Below are positions 24,739 to 36,904 of a DNA stretch of 64,000 nt, piece after piece. The DNA is taken from assembly GCA_976226885.1 (NCBI GenBank), contig OZ320313.1, positions 67,642,001 through 67,706,000 of the forward strand, given 5' to 3'. Position 1 is the first letter of the stretch; each line of letters starts with the position of its first letter. Made by a program: the position numbers and the translations under genes. Origin of the DNA: Iphione sp. A-MEVVRFRX5. Lineage: Eukaryota. Under the pieces are notes generated by a model. The model was not told the origin of the DNA. It saw only the letters and a program-made list of their open reading frames with translations, and ran no database searches.

Positions 24739-24792
24739 ACTGGCTCCAGTGGAGACCAGTATAAATAAAAGTTGAAAAAAAAAAAAAAAAAA
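24739..24792 (+). terminator. LINE 3' end: stem-loop, poly(A) signal and A18 tail
   Basis: ACTGG-CTCC-agt-GGAG-a-CCAGT hairpin 24739-24760, AATAAA 24764-24769, 18 A at 24775-24792. Confidence 0.75.
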
Positions 24793-24800
24793 CATATCAG
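24789..24800 (+). repeat. Probable 3' copy of LINE target-site duplication (AAAACATATCAG)
   Basis: Pairs with 19940-19951 (one C/T mismatch). Confidence 0.55.
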
Positions 24801-27700
24801 CCCCGCCGGAGCCGCTCGTTCTGCCCCTCTCGGAGCTGCAGCTCATCAATACCCGACCGTGTGCTCTACACCAGGAGAAGGACGTCTGTCACCGCCAACT
24901 CTCCCTGCTGCCGACGTGCTCCTGAGTGGCGCTCGCTAGACTTCCCTACATCTCAATCAAGCCCGACCTGAGTGTCCCTTCCTACTGAAATCTATTGGGA
25001 CAATGGAGGAAAACAGTCCAGCCGTAAGGTAATTGATGTGGCGCAGCATTAGGCGCCGGTGACATTTATGGTGCTGTTCCTATCTAACAACCATAAAATT
25101 GCCCAAGTAGCTCTGGATTATCAAACATTTTCTACTTCAGTGAACATAATACCTTCAGAAGTGTCATATTATGCAAAAAGACTTTCTGTTGATAAACATA
25201 AAGATGCCTCACAAGGACATAGTATACAGCACCAATAAAATGAGCGAGGGGACCGAATACGATATGATTTTATACCCAGATATTTCCCGAGTTAGATCTT
25301 TTTCCCGATGTTTCTTGCCTTGCAACGGTTCTTTGATCGATAACTGGTATCTATGCAAACTTTATATTACTTTAGGTTGTTTCCATTTCCGAAAGTTCAA
25401 ACTGTATTCCCTGATCTCCTTGGCCTGCAACAAATATGAGCATCGCTCGATATCAGTGGCAGGTGCTTTATACATGTGCATTTTAAATCGGAATACGATT
25501 TCATTTTCGTTACACACGTATGCATGGCAGATGCGGTGGGTAGTGTAAATACATTAAATGTAAATGATGTTATTTACGAAGAACACTAATTCAAGCAGAT
25601 CTTTCAGAGCTAATACAAACACGGACTTCGGCACGCATCATGCCAAGCAAAACGCGTCCGGCTAGAATCAGCCCACATCTATAGCATCGCCTATCTTTAC
25701 AAGCCAAATAGATTCGGGGCCCCCAAGTACTCAGACATCAGCGTGAGATCACACCGCCCGGTTTATTAGCCCCGCTTGGGCCGGTGCCGAGAAGCCACCG
25801 CGAAGCCACATCGACGCCAGACTGGCTTCCGCCGTGGCTTCACCCGCTTGGCGCTGGGTCCAGTCACGCAGGGTCCCCTATCACCAGGGCGCCACACCGC
25901 CGGCACACCCAGCTACGTTGCTTGTTCGCTCATCAACAGACAAACACACACGCACATAGACTTCTTCTTGCGTTTTGAAGCAGCTGACTGAGACTGATAG
26001 AGCAGTCAAAATGACATGTCAAAATACGAATCACTCACTGGCTATTGACGCCATTGGCGTGGGTACTCTGCTTCTCAAGGCACAATGTACCCCTTGTGAG
26101 CTCCATTTAAATCATCACAGGGCGGTTCGTCAAAGCTGCCAACTACCATTCACTTGAATGCTCCGTAATACGGTGTACATTGTACACGTATTCTATTCGT
26201 TGATAGGGACAAATATTCCGCCCAAAGCAGCCCTTTCTCCGTGATTGCGGCCTTTCACTTCTTAATACATAAACAATCAGATGGCACTAATAAGTCAGGT
26301 GCAAATGACAACACTACACATAGCACTGTTGTTCTGTCTTTTCTTTGCGCACAAATGTATTACCTCTGTCCTTTACTACTTCATAAGAATAACTGCACGA
26401 GAGTTGTGCGCATGTCCCCCCGGCAAACTATTGCAGGAAAGGTTGCGTCTAGTCCAGAGAGAGCGAGACAGCATTATCGTGTTGCCTGGGTTTTATGCTG
26501 GGCTCTGCCTGTGCGTCACACCCACTCTTGGCGCTGTCTGCACATTAGAAGGCGACCCATAGATTCCTGCCACCGTAGATCATCATCATTGATGCTCTAG
26601 GGTTGCATGATCTCTGGTGCCAAAGTGAACGCACGCCTGAAAGGTTTTGTTTCTGTTCACAATCTTCGCTGCTTACGGATCAGGAATTTTTTTTAACTTT
26701 TGAATGGAACTTTCGGAGGAGTTCTATAGTATCAGTAGACTCCTGACTGATTTTCTCATCAGGGGTATATGTATGTAGTTTTAAATGTACATCACCTCAA
26801 TGGAAAACTATATAAATGCAGTAAATGCTTGTGCATTAAATTCTATTCAACAACATTCTAAGCAGTTTAAAATACTTGATATTTTTCATTTTCCTTGCTG
26901 TTCACATCGAATGTATTGGTTTCAATTTTGTAAAAGGTCTCAAATTTCGAATAAACCTATCAGCAATCAAACATGCATTCTGTTTCTTTAAACGATCTTC
27001 CTCTTAACATCATGTGATATTTTGTCAAATAATACCTTAAATGCATAATCCTTATATAAATACACGACGTCGCAGCAAACTGACCAGGTCACACAGAATT
27101 TATGCGAGCAGTTCATGCGATCAACATCGCCAATTCAACCCGCCCCGCAGACACAGGCACAGACACATAGGCGCGCACACACACATACACACACCCCAGC
27201 TGTAAACCTGTCCTGCCGAGGTAAGCAACGGACTCAGCAGTCCACAATCCCTCCAGCTATTCATTCTGCCTTCTCTGCAAAAATATTATAGCGCAAATTG
27301 CAGCGGCAGGTAAAGCAAACAATGCCCAGAGCCTCTGTGGCTGGGCGCCCACCCTCCTGCTCGGGAGTCTGGGCATGTTATACTTGTACATGGTACGCTC
27401 ATACGAGTTTGTCATCGATTAGCTTATTCAGGGCCGCACGCCCACTAAACGAGCAATCCCGCCAGAGGGAAATGAAATAGCCAGTTTCAAAGGCCATCTA
27501 CAAGACCTGTGCGCGACGGGAATGGTATAATACTCGTCTATATTCAATCTGTGATGATGTATAAGTAACAAACAACCCGGTACACGTGAATACTCGACAT
27601 GAACCCCTAGATCTCATGATGAAGAATACAATGGTAAAATGTGGAAACCAGCGTGCTGACAGTACTTCTTCCGTTATGCAGCAAATTTGAAGGACTCTGC

Positions 27701-27737
<37 letters not shown>

Positions 27738-27760
27738 ATGTCTGTCTGTCTGTCTGTCTG
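27701..27760. repeat. (TCTG)n microsatellite
   Basis: About 15 units, one mismatch. Confidence 0.95.
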
Positions 27761-30700
27761 CCTGCTGTCTCTCTTTCCCCTCCCTCCCATCTTTGTCTTT
27801 GTCTCCCCGCCCACCGCCATCCCTCACTGTCATAAAGCGGAACTTCCAGTAATTAAAGGGCATCTCCGACACTTGTGTCTGGTATTTGCCAAGCGGGAGG
27901 TCCGCAATTCCTTCTAAGAGCGCTGACGTCGATCGGAGGGGTTTGTGTTTCGGACGAGCGGCCGAGGCTAAAGAAATGTGACAGGAACTCTATCCAGCCC
28001 CCGTATAGGTCTAATTAATGCCTGCTCGACAGACAATGCTAACTGGGTATTGATCAGCACTGCCCGGTTTAGAACGTGATGAGCTCCTACCGTACACACG
28101 AGATGTTCGGATTAATATGTAGGTTTAGGCTCTAGCTAACTAGGCGATGGAAAGCGTTCCTTCTCTGTCGAACGTCAGCAATATTTAATTATGCAGGAAA
28201 CTGAAAATCTCACGGGGAATACATTTCCATAAATCATAAAGCATTGGTGCCCTGCGGATGGACTGCTGCGTGTCTTCTTGAAAGGTGACTTCTTACATAT
28301 ATGAACACGCATTAGTAGACAGATGTACATATAGGAAGTCGGCCGAACATGCAAAGGTCTGTTGCTGAATCGGCATAAAAAAACGGCGCAGAATATCATT
28401 TCTGCAGGACAGCAAGCATCTGACATAATCACTGGTTGTATGAAGTGTGATACCGCGGGTCCACTTTTGCACCCATTGTGAAAGTAACACGTAGCCCTCT
28501 TTCTTGACGCCTTATAGTGATGACAAATTACTTTTCCGGTGAGTTATCGGGGATAGGGACCGACGGTTGAAACGGTTAATTTCACGCGGTTACAGTTTTA
28601 CATGCACTTTAGACTTCGTCGCCTTTGAACACCTGTCGACCCTAAAGGCTATCTTTGCTGAATAGGAACGACCAGGCTGCATGTATCGGGTATCTTCGGT
28701 GATATTTATTCGATATCTCACTGACGACTTCAGCCTTCGATATGAATATGCCATGTTTTGACCTGTCTGAATGCACAGCTTCCATACGGTACGAAAATAT
28801 CCTTTTAAAAAAGGAAAAGAAATCAGGAAAGTTATACACGCTGCATCATGCGTGGGCCGCTTGCGTGGCGATTCACTATCTGAGGCAATACAAAGCGATT
28901 AAAGAAACACTAGAAGCAACTAGGCCAAGACAACTATATTGTTACATATATAGTATATCTACCGTTTTCCTCTCAAACGTATGGCACATATACAATGTAT
29001 GTAACAAATTGTATTTCGAGTGCAAACCTACCACATTGGCTGAAAACAGTGTCTTTTGGGTCTGGTCTAAGAGTTTACACTCGCTCCGGTTATATTCAAG
29101 CCTTTCATCGATGGGCGATAAGAAGTGAAATTTCCAAAGTAGAACCGATAATGAGAGGTAGAACAGGGCTGAAATATGGTCGTATAAATCTCACTTGGAC
29201 ATTAATGTCCTTTTGCCTGTGACGATACTGGTAATTGCGTTATGAATACCGCATTGTTCTATCAGAACTCATCGGTCCTATTAGGTTCCCTGGTACTTAA
29301 AAACCGCATCAAGTAATAATCAAGAAGATTTACGACGATGTTGCCAACACCTGGTCATCTTGCTGTGTTATTACACTTAATGCGGTCAGATACAAGAACC
29401 AGGTTATGGGTCTTACTGCTCGACAGCTGAATGCCTTTGATCAGTCCCGGAAAAGGAAAGCAATATAAAAATCAAGCTTTCTATTGGGACATTAGGCACC
29501 ACTTACTAACGTTCAAAGCAGAACATATTCCTGTTCGGCAGCGACTATCATAGTAATTATACAGTATGGCGATCTAATCATCAAGTTAATTCCTGTATTG
29601 TATACTTTGTTTCGGACCCGCATACTAAGACTAAACTTTCCCAGGTCGAATATTTTCACCTAAATCCTTCACAATGTGGGCTGGGAGAGTGAGATGTCGA
29701 TTTCGGCAGTTAGACCTCACATACCATCCACCCCTTGCCATTAACTCATAGTTTCCACTAGACTGATGGGATAATGTTGACAACAATGTGACATGAATAG
29801 GTTGCTCCAACAGTCTTTCTGACTTGGGTAAATGCATGGAGGACTGTCGAGAAGTTGTGTATGGAACCCAAGGTATGTGTCGAAAGAATTAAAGGAGTTT
29901 TTTAAAAGCACCCTTGACCGTAAAGTATTCGTTTACATACACAGTGTAATGAAGCAACTTCCTCAAAGTATAATTACGTTTCCGGGCCCGTGTCTCTGTT
30001 ATTTCTCTTTTGAAATTTAATTGTTCCCTCTCACCTTTTTAACTTTCCATTCAGGATCCTTCGTTGTACATGGTAACAGGAAGATGGACTTTCCATGTAC
30101 TTGTAGTCATGCTTTCAGAACTGCTGGTGGTTGAAATTAACATATAACGCATGCTGCTTATGAGTCTGTATGCAAGAAAACCCATCACAAGTGGATCGTC
30201 AGAACAGATATACATCCATATACAGTGTGTGCAGCGACACATGGATTGGTGCCAATAAAGTCTTATGTCCTGGTTTGTTCTGTTTACTGTGCCTACATAT
30301 CCAAAAGGGGTGAATGCATGTACATTGATAGCCGATCTATACCTCCTGTGATACAGTAGGGAGTTTAATGACTTACCTATTCTGAATCCTCCGGCCTTAC
30401 TTTACATCTCAAAGGCCAACTAACGTTCTAAAGTAAAGACAATGAACAGACACAACAATGGGATAATTCCATGTACACGCACTGAGGAGGTCGGTGGTCT
30501 TACAATATAGAGTTCCTCTTTTTCGATTTGTGTGAGTGGCCATTGTTCTACCTGTCACACTTTATCGTCATAAACACAAAACACACCGTATGGTTTCCCA
30601 CATATGATAGTCATTATCTTCTATGAAGGAGGGGCATGCATTCTGTCATCAAAAAACACGTTCACATATTGCAGCTTGGTCGATAAGTTCGGTCTCAGAG

Positions 30701-32768
30701 AGATTCTATTCACGCCACCTCCCGAGGACATCTGACCGATATTCACTGGGAACTACACGCAAAACACACACACACAAACACATACACACTCTTTCTCTCA
30801 AGATAGTAAAGTCGGTATGTCGTTAGCAGTTGACTACACTGATTTACGTGAGCCAGACCTACAAGAACCATTTCAAGTAGGGTTCAAAGCGCCGGCGGTC
30901 GCCAAATAAGCGGCGTTTAGCGTCGGGTCACCTGTGAACGATATTGACCGGTAATACCAGTAATACCAGCCGCGAGGGATCCACCGCTGGTTGACCTCCT
31001 CAGGTCGGGAATGGCGGAAGGGAAATTCACTTAGCATACGCCAATCGCACACAAAGTACATAATATGTCGGCGATTTCGCCCTATATCTTTTTTAATGGC
31101 TAAAATATTGTCGTGGGCAATGGTGTGCATAGCTTGGGGCCGTTTTGGCCCCTTGTGGTCTCGTATAAGGTCGGGATGTCGATGAAAGCAGCAGAGGAAG
31201 TGGGTGATTATACTATCCCCTTTACAAAGGCATCCCTTGGGTTGACTGGGTGCGTTTGATGATGAAAAAGACTCATAAGTCACCACTAAACACTGCCTAT
31301 ACCGCAATCTTCCGTCGGAAGGGTGTTTGAGGTTCGTTTGAGTTGGGGGGGGGGGGGAAGGGGTGTAGGAAGGGAGGATGGAAACTGGTGGGGATAGTGA
31401 TTGGCAATGGTGGTGATGGTGGTGGCAGTGGTGGTGTACTAGGGCTGAAAGCTGGTGGGTAGTTCCTGTGGGTCCTTCCAAAGCGAGTACCGGCCAGTGG
31501 TGCCACCCGGCGGGCTGGGCCTGTAAACCACCGCGCCACCAGGCAGAGGAAGAAAGGCGAGCATTGATTGCGAGTATATATATTATGCAGCTGAATGACA
31601 CGGGCGAAGGCGGCTAAGGGGTGAGGTAGGGGGGCGGATGCACCAGGGGGGTACTCGGGACAGGGGCTGATGACAGGCCTATGCTCTCCTCGTTATCCTT
31701 TGACGCCATCCATCCGCTCCTCCACACTCGGCGCCCGTAATGGCTTCTGTGTCGCTGGAATTTTTTTTATTGCACCACTTGTATTATATTGGGAGCTATT
31801 TTTCTTTAACGACTTCGGTATGTATCGATCACCATAGCGGCTGCATGAAATCGACACTGATTAACAACGACCCTTACCGTTGCTCATCTTCAAACACGAA
31901 CTGTGTTTATAAAATACAAGGTTGTCGTTTCATGAACTGGTGCTACGGCCATCACTCACAGGAAGACGTACACCACCACTGCTTGCTGAGGGGACGTTTT
32001 ACAAGAAATGACCCAGAACATTTCGCATACCCAACCTAATAAATAAGGACTCCTCCCAGCGGGGAGTCCTATTAAACTGACTTTCTTTGTTCGAGGCAGC
32101 AGGGAAGTGAAAGGCTCTGGGACACTGACACTGTGTTCCTCCATAAAACACCACTCGTTGAGGCGAAGGTGGCTTTCCTCCTTCCAAGCCACCACAACCA
32201 GCGAACGTATGTCAAGGCAATGGTCTATTAGGCTCGTGAAATTTTCCTTTGTCCGTGTGGGAGAAGACTAACAACAGAAGGTGGGAAAGGGGACGCCCGT
32301 TTATTTTTTCCAGGCTTGCTTTCTTTCAGGAGTTGACTGTACCGCCCCCCTTCACTCGCAGCCCCCCCCCCTAACAACAACACCACCACCACCCACCACC
32401 ATCACACATACACACAGACGGGGCAGATCTCGGGTCCCATTCGAGGAAACACAGGCGACAGCCACCCCCAACAGGGCATTGCGTGCCCAGCATAATCCAA
32501 CCAACAGAGGGAATATTGAGATTTTGACAGCCCACTGAGGTATATGACACCCAAACAAAACGGGACATGGTCTCATACAGGAGGTTGGGTGGGTGGGTGG
32601 GGGGGCGGCTGAAGGGGGAGGGAGGGGAGGTTGGGTCATGATAAAGACGTGAGGGCGCTAGCTGGGGATGGAGGTCAAATTGGCGTTTGGCACCTAAATG
32701 TCACCTGTGGCTACCCCCATTCCTCTCTATCCCTACCCACACCGTCGAGGAATTACGTTTCAACACAC

Positions 32769-32820
32769 CTGACCTGTCGGTAGTTTACAGCGCGATTCTC
32801 ACCTGGAGAGGGGGGACGCA
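32769..32820 (-). other. AG|GT (recursive-site-like) junction
   Basis: Minus: pyrimidine tract (C-run then tctc) ending CAG|GTGAGA at 32803/32802; downstream donors CAG|GTCAGG (32773) and CAG|GTGTGT (32768). Confidence 0.25.
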
Positions 32821-34625
32821 CCACCGGGCGGTCGGGTCATAACTCGCCACTATTGCTGGCTAATACGACATCCAGCCGCACGAGCCCTAAGGCTACAAGC
32901 TACTGACTTCCAATTTATTCCTTAATGGTCCCTCTTGTAAAAGCTAAAAACCTGAACGGGATACGTGCCCAGAACCGATAGCGACTTCTGTTGACTCTGG
33001 TGTTGTTTAAGTCCTTCAGTTAACCATGGCTTCACTGGTACATACTCCAAAGGGGCTCTCTTAGTTATTGCAGGCATGGGAAATCCTTAAAGTCACCCCC
33101 GCCCCTACTCCCTCTTTCCTCGTGGGCCAAAGGCACTTATGTGTGCTGTGAGTTCTGCAATTCAAAGGCTTTCTTCTCAGACGCCAGTATTAGTCCATGC
33201 TAACTGTTGACAAAGGACACGGCTAACAGGGCCCTGGCGCGTAATATTGTACAGAATGGGCCGGTTCAAATTGCGGCCAATGCAGAGCACTTTATCCCAC
33301 TCTATCCCTTAAGTTCACCTGAACCGTAACGACTAAGCTTAATTCGACAGCCCATTTTCAACCAGTGTGAGAAGCACAAATATTGTACCCGTTAACTAGA
33401 GTTTAACAACACTGGCGTGCATGCCCCGTTCCATTTGGCACGAGTGAATGCTATAGGTTTAAGGATAATTCTTTTAAAATGAAAGCCTTCGTGAGATCGA
33501 ACCGATTCTACTGCAATCAAGGCCAATATGGGATCGTTCAACGAAAATGATTTAAGAAAAAGAGGACACGTTCCGTCTCAACGTTTTGCCCGCGTACGTC
33601 GTGACATCTCAGTCATACTATAAAATTACAACAATTTAACTGAAAGTTGCTTAATAGGTAGTGAGGACAGTGACAGTAGAGATCTAAAAATAAAAACTAA
33701 TAATACTAAAAGAAAGAGTAGACTCATAGCAATATTTGTTATAGCTGACAGGGGGAAAAATGAGCTGAAATGAACGTGTCACAATGACGGGTCTCCTCAT
33801 AGGGGCGGTGCAGATCTATTCACTTGTCTGCTGTAATTGACCTTATTAATCACTGGGCTGTCTAGTAATGAAAGCAACACACTCATTCCCTCTCGACTAA
33901 GCCACCTTAATTAAAACCACAAATTGTTTTTAAAGGAACATATTAAACGGATTTAACCAATATACGGCGCCGCTTACTATTTAGAACAGAAACGAACTAA
34001 ATTGAAACGTCTCCTGAATCAGTGAATATTTCATTTTATCTCACATATTGCTGGGATGAGTATTTTGATTTAGTTTCCTCCGATAAAATCACGCACTAAT
34101 TAGAACGTCCATCTACGGTTCATTAGAAGGTAGAGTGTGCAGCTGAGCCGCAATCACCCACGAGTAGATAGCGACCGATTTCGGAAGGAAAACCTATAAA
34201 ATTATTGCTTTTGTCGTGAGATGTAAGAAGACAACTCTGAGCACGCCGCAAAGAGCCCCTCGTATTCTGAATACAATTCTCATATCACTAGTGCACATCT
34301 GGTAATGATTTTCCACGAAAAACGCTACATCTGGCGTAGATATGATGCTATTCATAGGTCCCGTGATTAAATGTGTCAGGAATTGAATCTAAGACGTATC
34401 GCAAGCTCTACAAGCAGGCTTGGCGTGCACAATAGGATGGAATATTTTGAAACTTTTGCTGATGGATTATCATGATCACTAGGGCGACTACAGGGATTTG
34501 CTATAGACTGCCAGATGCATTTTCCAACCCTATGACCTAAGGGGCTATTCATATGCATACATATTTGTCTGTCCCGCATCCGCACATGGGAGCGTATTTT
34601 TCCCCAGCCTATTCTAAGCAATATA

Positions 34626-35193
34626 CAGTACACTCCCTGCCTGCAGATGCGTCTCAGAAGCTCTCCAATGCGGACGATTTAACGCAGAGCGAAATGATTT
34701 CCTATAGTTTCCTATTATAAGCTGATATCTCCAATGCGGACAGCAAAATTTTAGACACGCCTCACTATGGACACCTCCCAGACCCCTCTTATAAGCCATT
34801 TTCAAAGGGTGTTTAGCAAATTTGGGGCCTCCCAGACCCCCTGACACCCTCAAAGAATAGGATTTTACACCTCTGTATATGTTTTCGCGCGAATTTGGGA
34901 CTGCAGGGAAGCCTCAGAAGTCATTCTCAAAGGTTGTTGAGCGAATTTGGGGCCTCCCAGACCCCCTGAAACCCTCAAAGAGTAGGATTTTACAACTCTG
35001 TATATGTTTTCGCGCAAATTTGGGACTGCAGGGAGGCCTCAGAAGTCATCCAGTAGTCATTTACAGAGAGAGAGGGAGAAAGCGATTTCATTTTCAAGTT
35101 TGACCCCCCCCCCCTGTACCCCCGATCTCCAATGCGGACACATCTCAAATGCAGACAGTTTGGGACAGAATGTGGAATGTAGAGAGTGTACTG
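34626..35193. mobile_element. Non-autonomous Tc1/mariner (pogo/Tigger-like) MITE, 568 bp
   Basis: TA|CAGTACACTCCCT ... AGAGAGTGTACTG|TA: 13-bp terminal inverted repeat (one mismatch) with TA on both sides. Subterminal direct repeats TCTCCAATGCGGAC near 34663, 34727 and 35126, plus a variant near 35142. No transposase ORF. Confidence 0.75.
34802..35049 (+). repeat. 125-bp tandem duplication inside the MITE
   Basis: Copies start at 34802 and 34927; about 8 substitutions by eye alignment. Confidence 0.95.
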
Positions 35194-36890
35194 TAGTCTG
35201 ATGCATCCAAACTTTTCCACGTCCACACGTGGACAAGCATATCAGACCAGAAATTCTGGGTTTTCTCCATGTCCGGAAGTGTATTCTATAGGCCTCCATA
35301 GTAGAGAAAAATCTGGTCAACAGATGGTGGTATAATACGTAAGGAAACTGCAGGGGGTTTCTCCACATCTGGACATGTAGACATACTTTTCGTATGGATA
35401 CACGTAAATAGCCCCTTAGGGGCTCCACAGTGCGAAGTGATATGGGCACATGGAAATTAAACCTTAGGATTTTAATTGTGTCTCTTTTTTCTATTTTCTT
35501 TTTTTAAATGATGCCACCCTATCAAGAGAATTTGACCACTGAGAAGCAGGTGACTGAGTCTGCGCATTTTCACTATGGGTAGGCATTATATGGAGAAAGT
35601 AAAGTACTTAAGAAAAGTCCGACCGGTCTGTGCATTTTTCTACTACCAGTGTGGTGGAAATGAACAGCTGACGGCGTGACACTGTCATAACTGCAGGAAC
35701 GAACCAGTCAAAACTATTTGTGCGTCATACTACACAACATATCAACAAAGCTCACAGCACTACAAAAGGTCAGAAGCAATGGACCTAAAATTCCTAGCAG
35801 TAAGTCGGGAAAAAAAACCCTCTGCGTTCATATGAAACGCTCCTATTCTTTGGCCCCCTACTAGCTCTGTTTTTTTTTTTATAAAGGTCGGCCGGAGACA
35901 TTGCTGATCGTGACGAGACGAGCCTCATGACATGTCTGGATGATTTCGCCCTCGTCGTTTTCACATGCATCGCTCATGTCTCACGCTGTCCTCGCCTTGT
36001 TTTCGAGACGCATGTCGCCCATGTATCATAGTTGTCAGCATGTGTGCCAGTCCTCACAGTAAGATGATTAAGGAGGTCGCAATAACAACCAAAACTTGAT
36101 GCTGCAAAGATGACGGAACGGCGACCGATTTGAATTTGAAATAAGTGGGTAAAATTTTTAAAAGTTATCCCCGTGAACGCTGTTCCCGCAGATGTTCCCA
36201 TCAAATACATAAAAATCTTGAGTTCAATAAGCCAGTGTCGTGAAATTTGAGCTGACTATTGCAGTTCCTTTCCTTGCCCATTGGCATTCATGAATAGTGC
36301 AAATACCAATGAACCTTACGGGAGCATAAACACCCGGCGGCGCACCTGCAGTCTACTTGGTAGGTTCTATGGACGTCCACTAAACGTATATTGTAGCCAA
36401 ACACTTAAGGAATGTGAGGTCTGCTTAGCTGTCAGGATAACGAAAACGAGTACAAAAACACCCTAGCCGCAGCATATTGGTTCAAAGATGTAGTTACTAA
36501 TGAGACTGTCCCTCTCCGGGCCAAAATGGTGGGGCCGGCTGCTAAATGTGCAGGGTGACCTTCTGCCTGCCCAAGCGCCACGAAAGGGGGCGCAGTTGCT
36601 TGCCAGGATGAAGACACCCGCCTACATTCCACAGGCGGTCAGGTTTAGTGGGACGGCGAAGTTTGAGACGGCGGCGACTGGGAGCGACTGCTGCGAACCA
36701 CTTGTTATATGTTCGTGCCGCCTGGGCCGTGAACCAGTGACCCAACGGTCGTCATCTCACACCCGCTCTAACGGTTTCTCTCCCAGCGCACCCCTCCGAC
36801 GGCCAACCGAGAGCGTCGGTCGTGGGCCCAGACGCCGGCCCAAGTGTGTTGTATGTGTCCCCAGCTGGAATGCATTGCTCTCCTCCTTCA

Positions 36891-36904
36891 GTCACCATGG
36901 CAAC
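36891..36904. promoter_or_regulatory. RFX X-box motif GTCACCATGGCAAC
   Basis: Matches GTYNCY-AT-RGNAAC and lies in a CpG-rich segment (about 36500-37000); motif match only. Confidence 0.35.

Larger units (their letters stand above)
19952..24792 (+). mobile_element. Full-length CR1-group (CR1/L2/Crack-like) non-LTR retrotransposon, apparently intact
   Basis: Esterase ORF1, 858-bp spacer, 941-aa APE+RT ORF2 with no stops, about 250-bp 3' UTR, terminal hairpin, AATAAA and A18 tail. The 5' boundary is inferred from the candidate TSD. Esterase ORF1 with APE-RT ORF2 is known from CR1/L2-type LINEs. Confidence 0.9.

Noticed and set aside
29813-30260. Plus-strand exon pair (AAG|GTATGT near 29870; tttccattCAG near 30054; AATAAA near 30252)
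   Set aside because: Spliced translations resemble nothing I recognise, and such signals are expected by chance in 64 kb.
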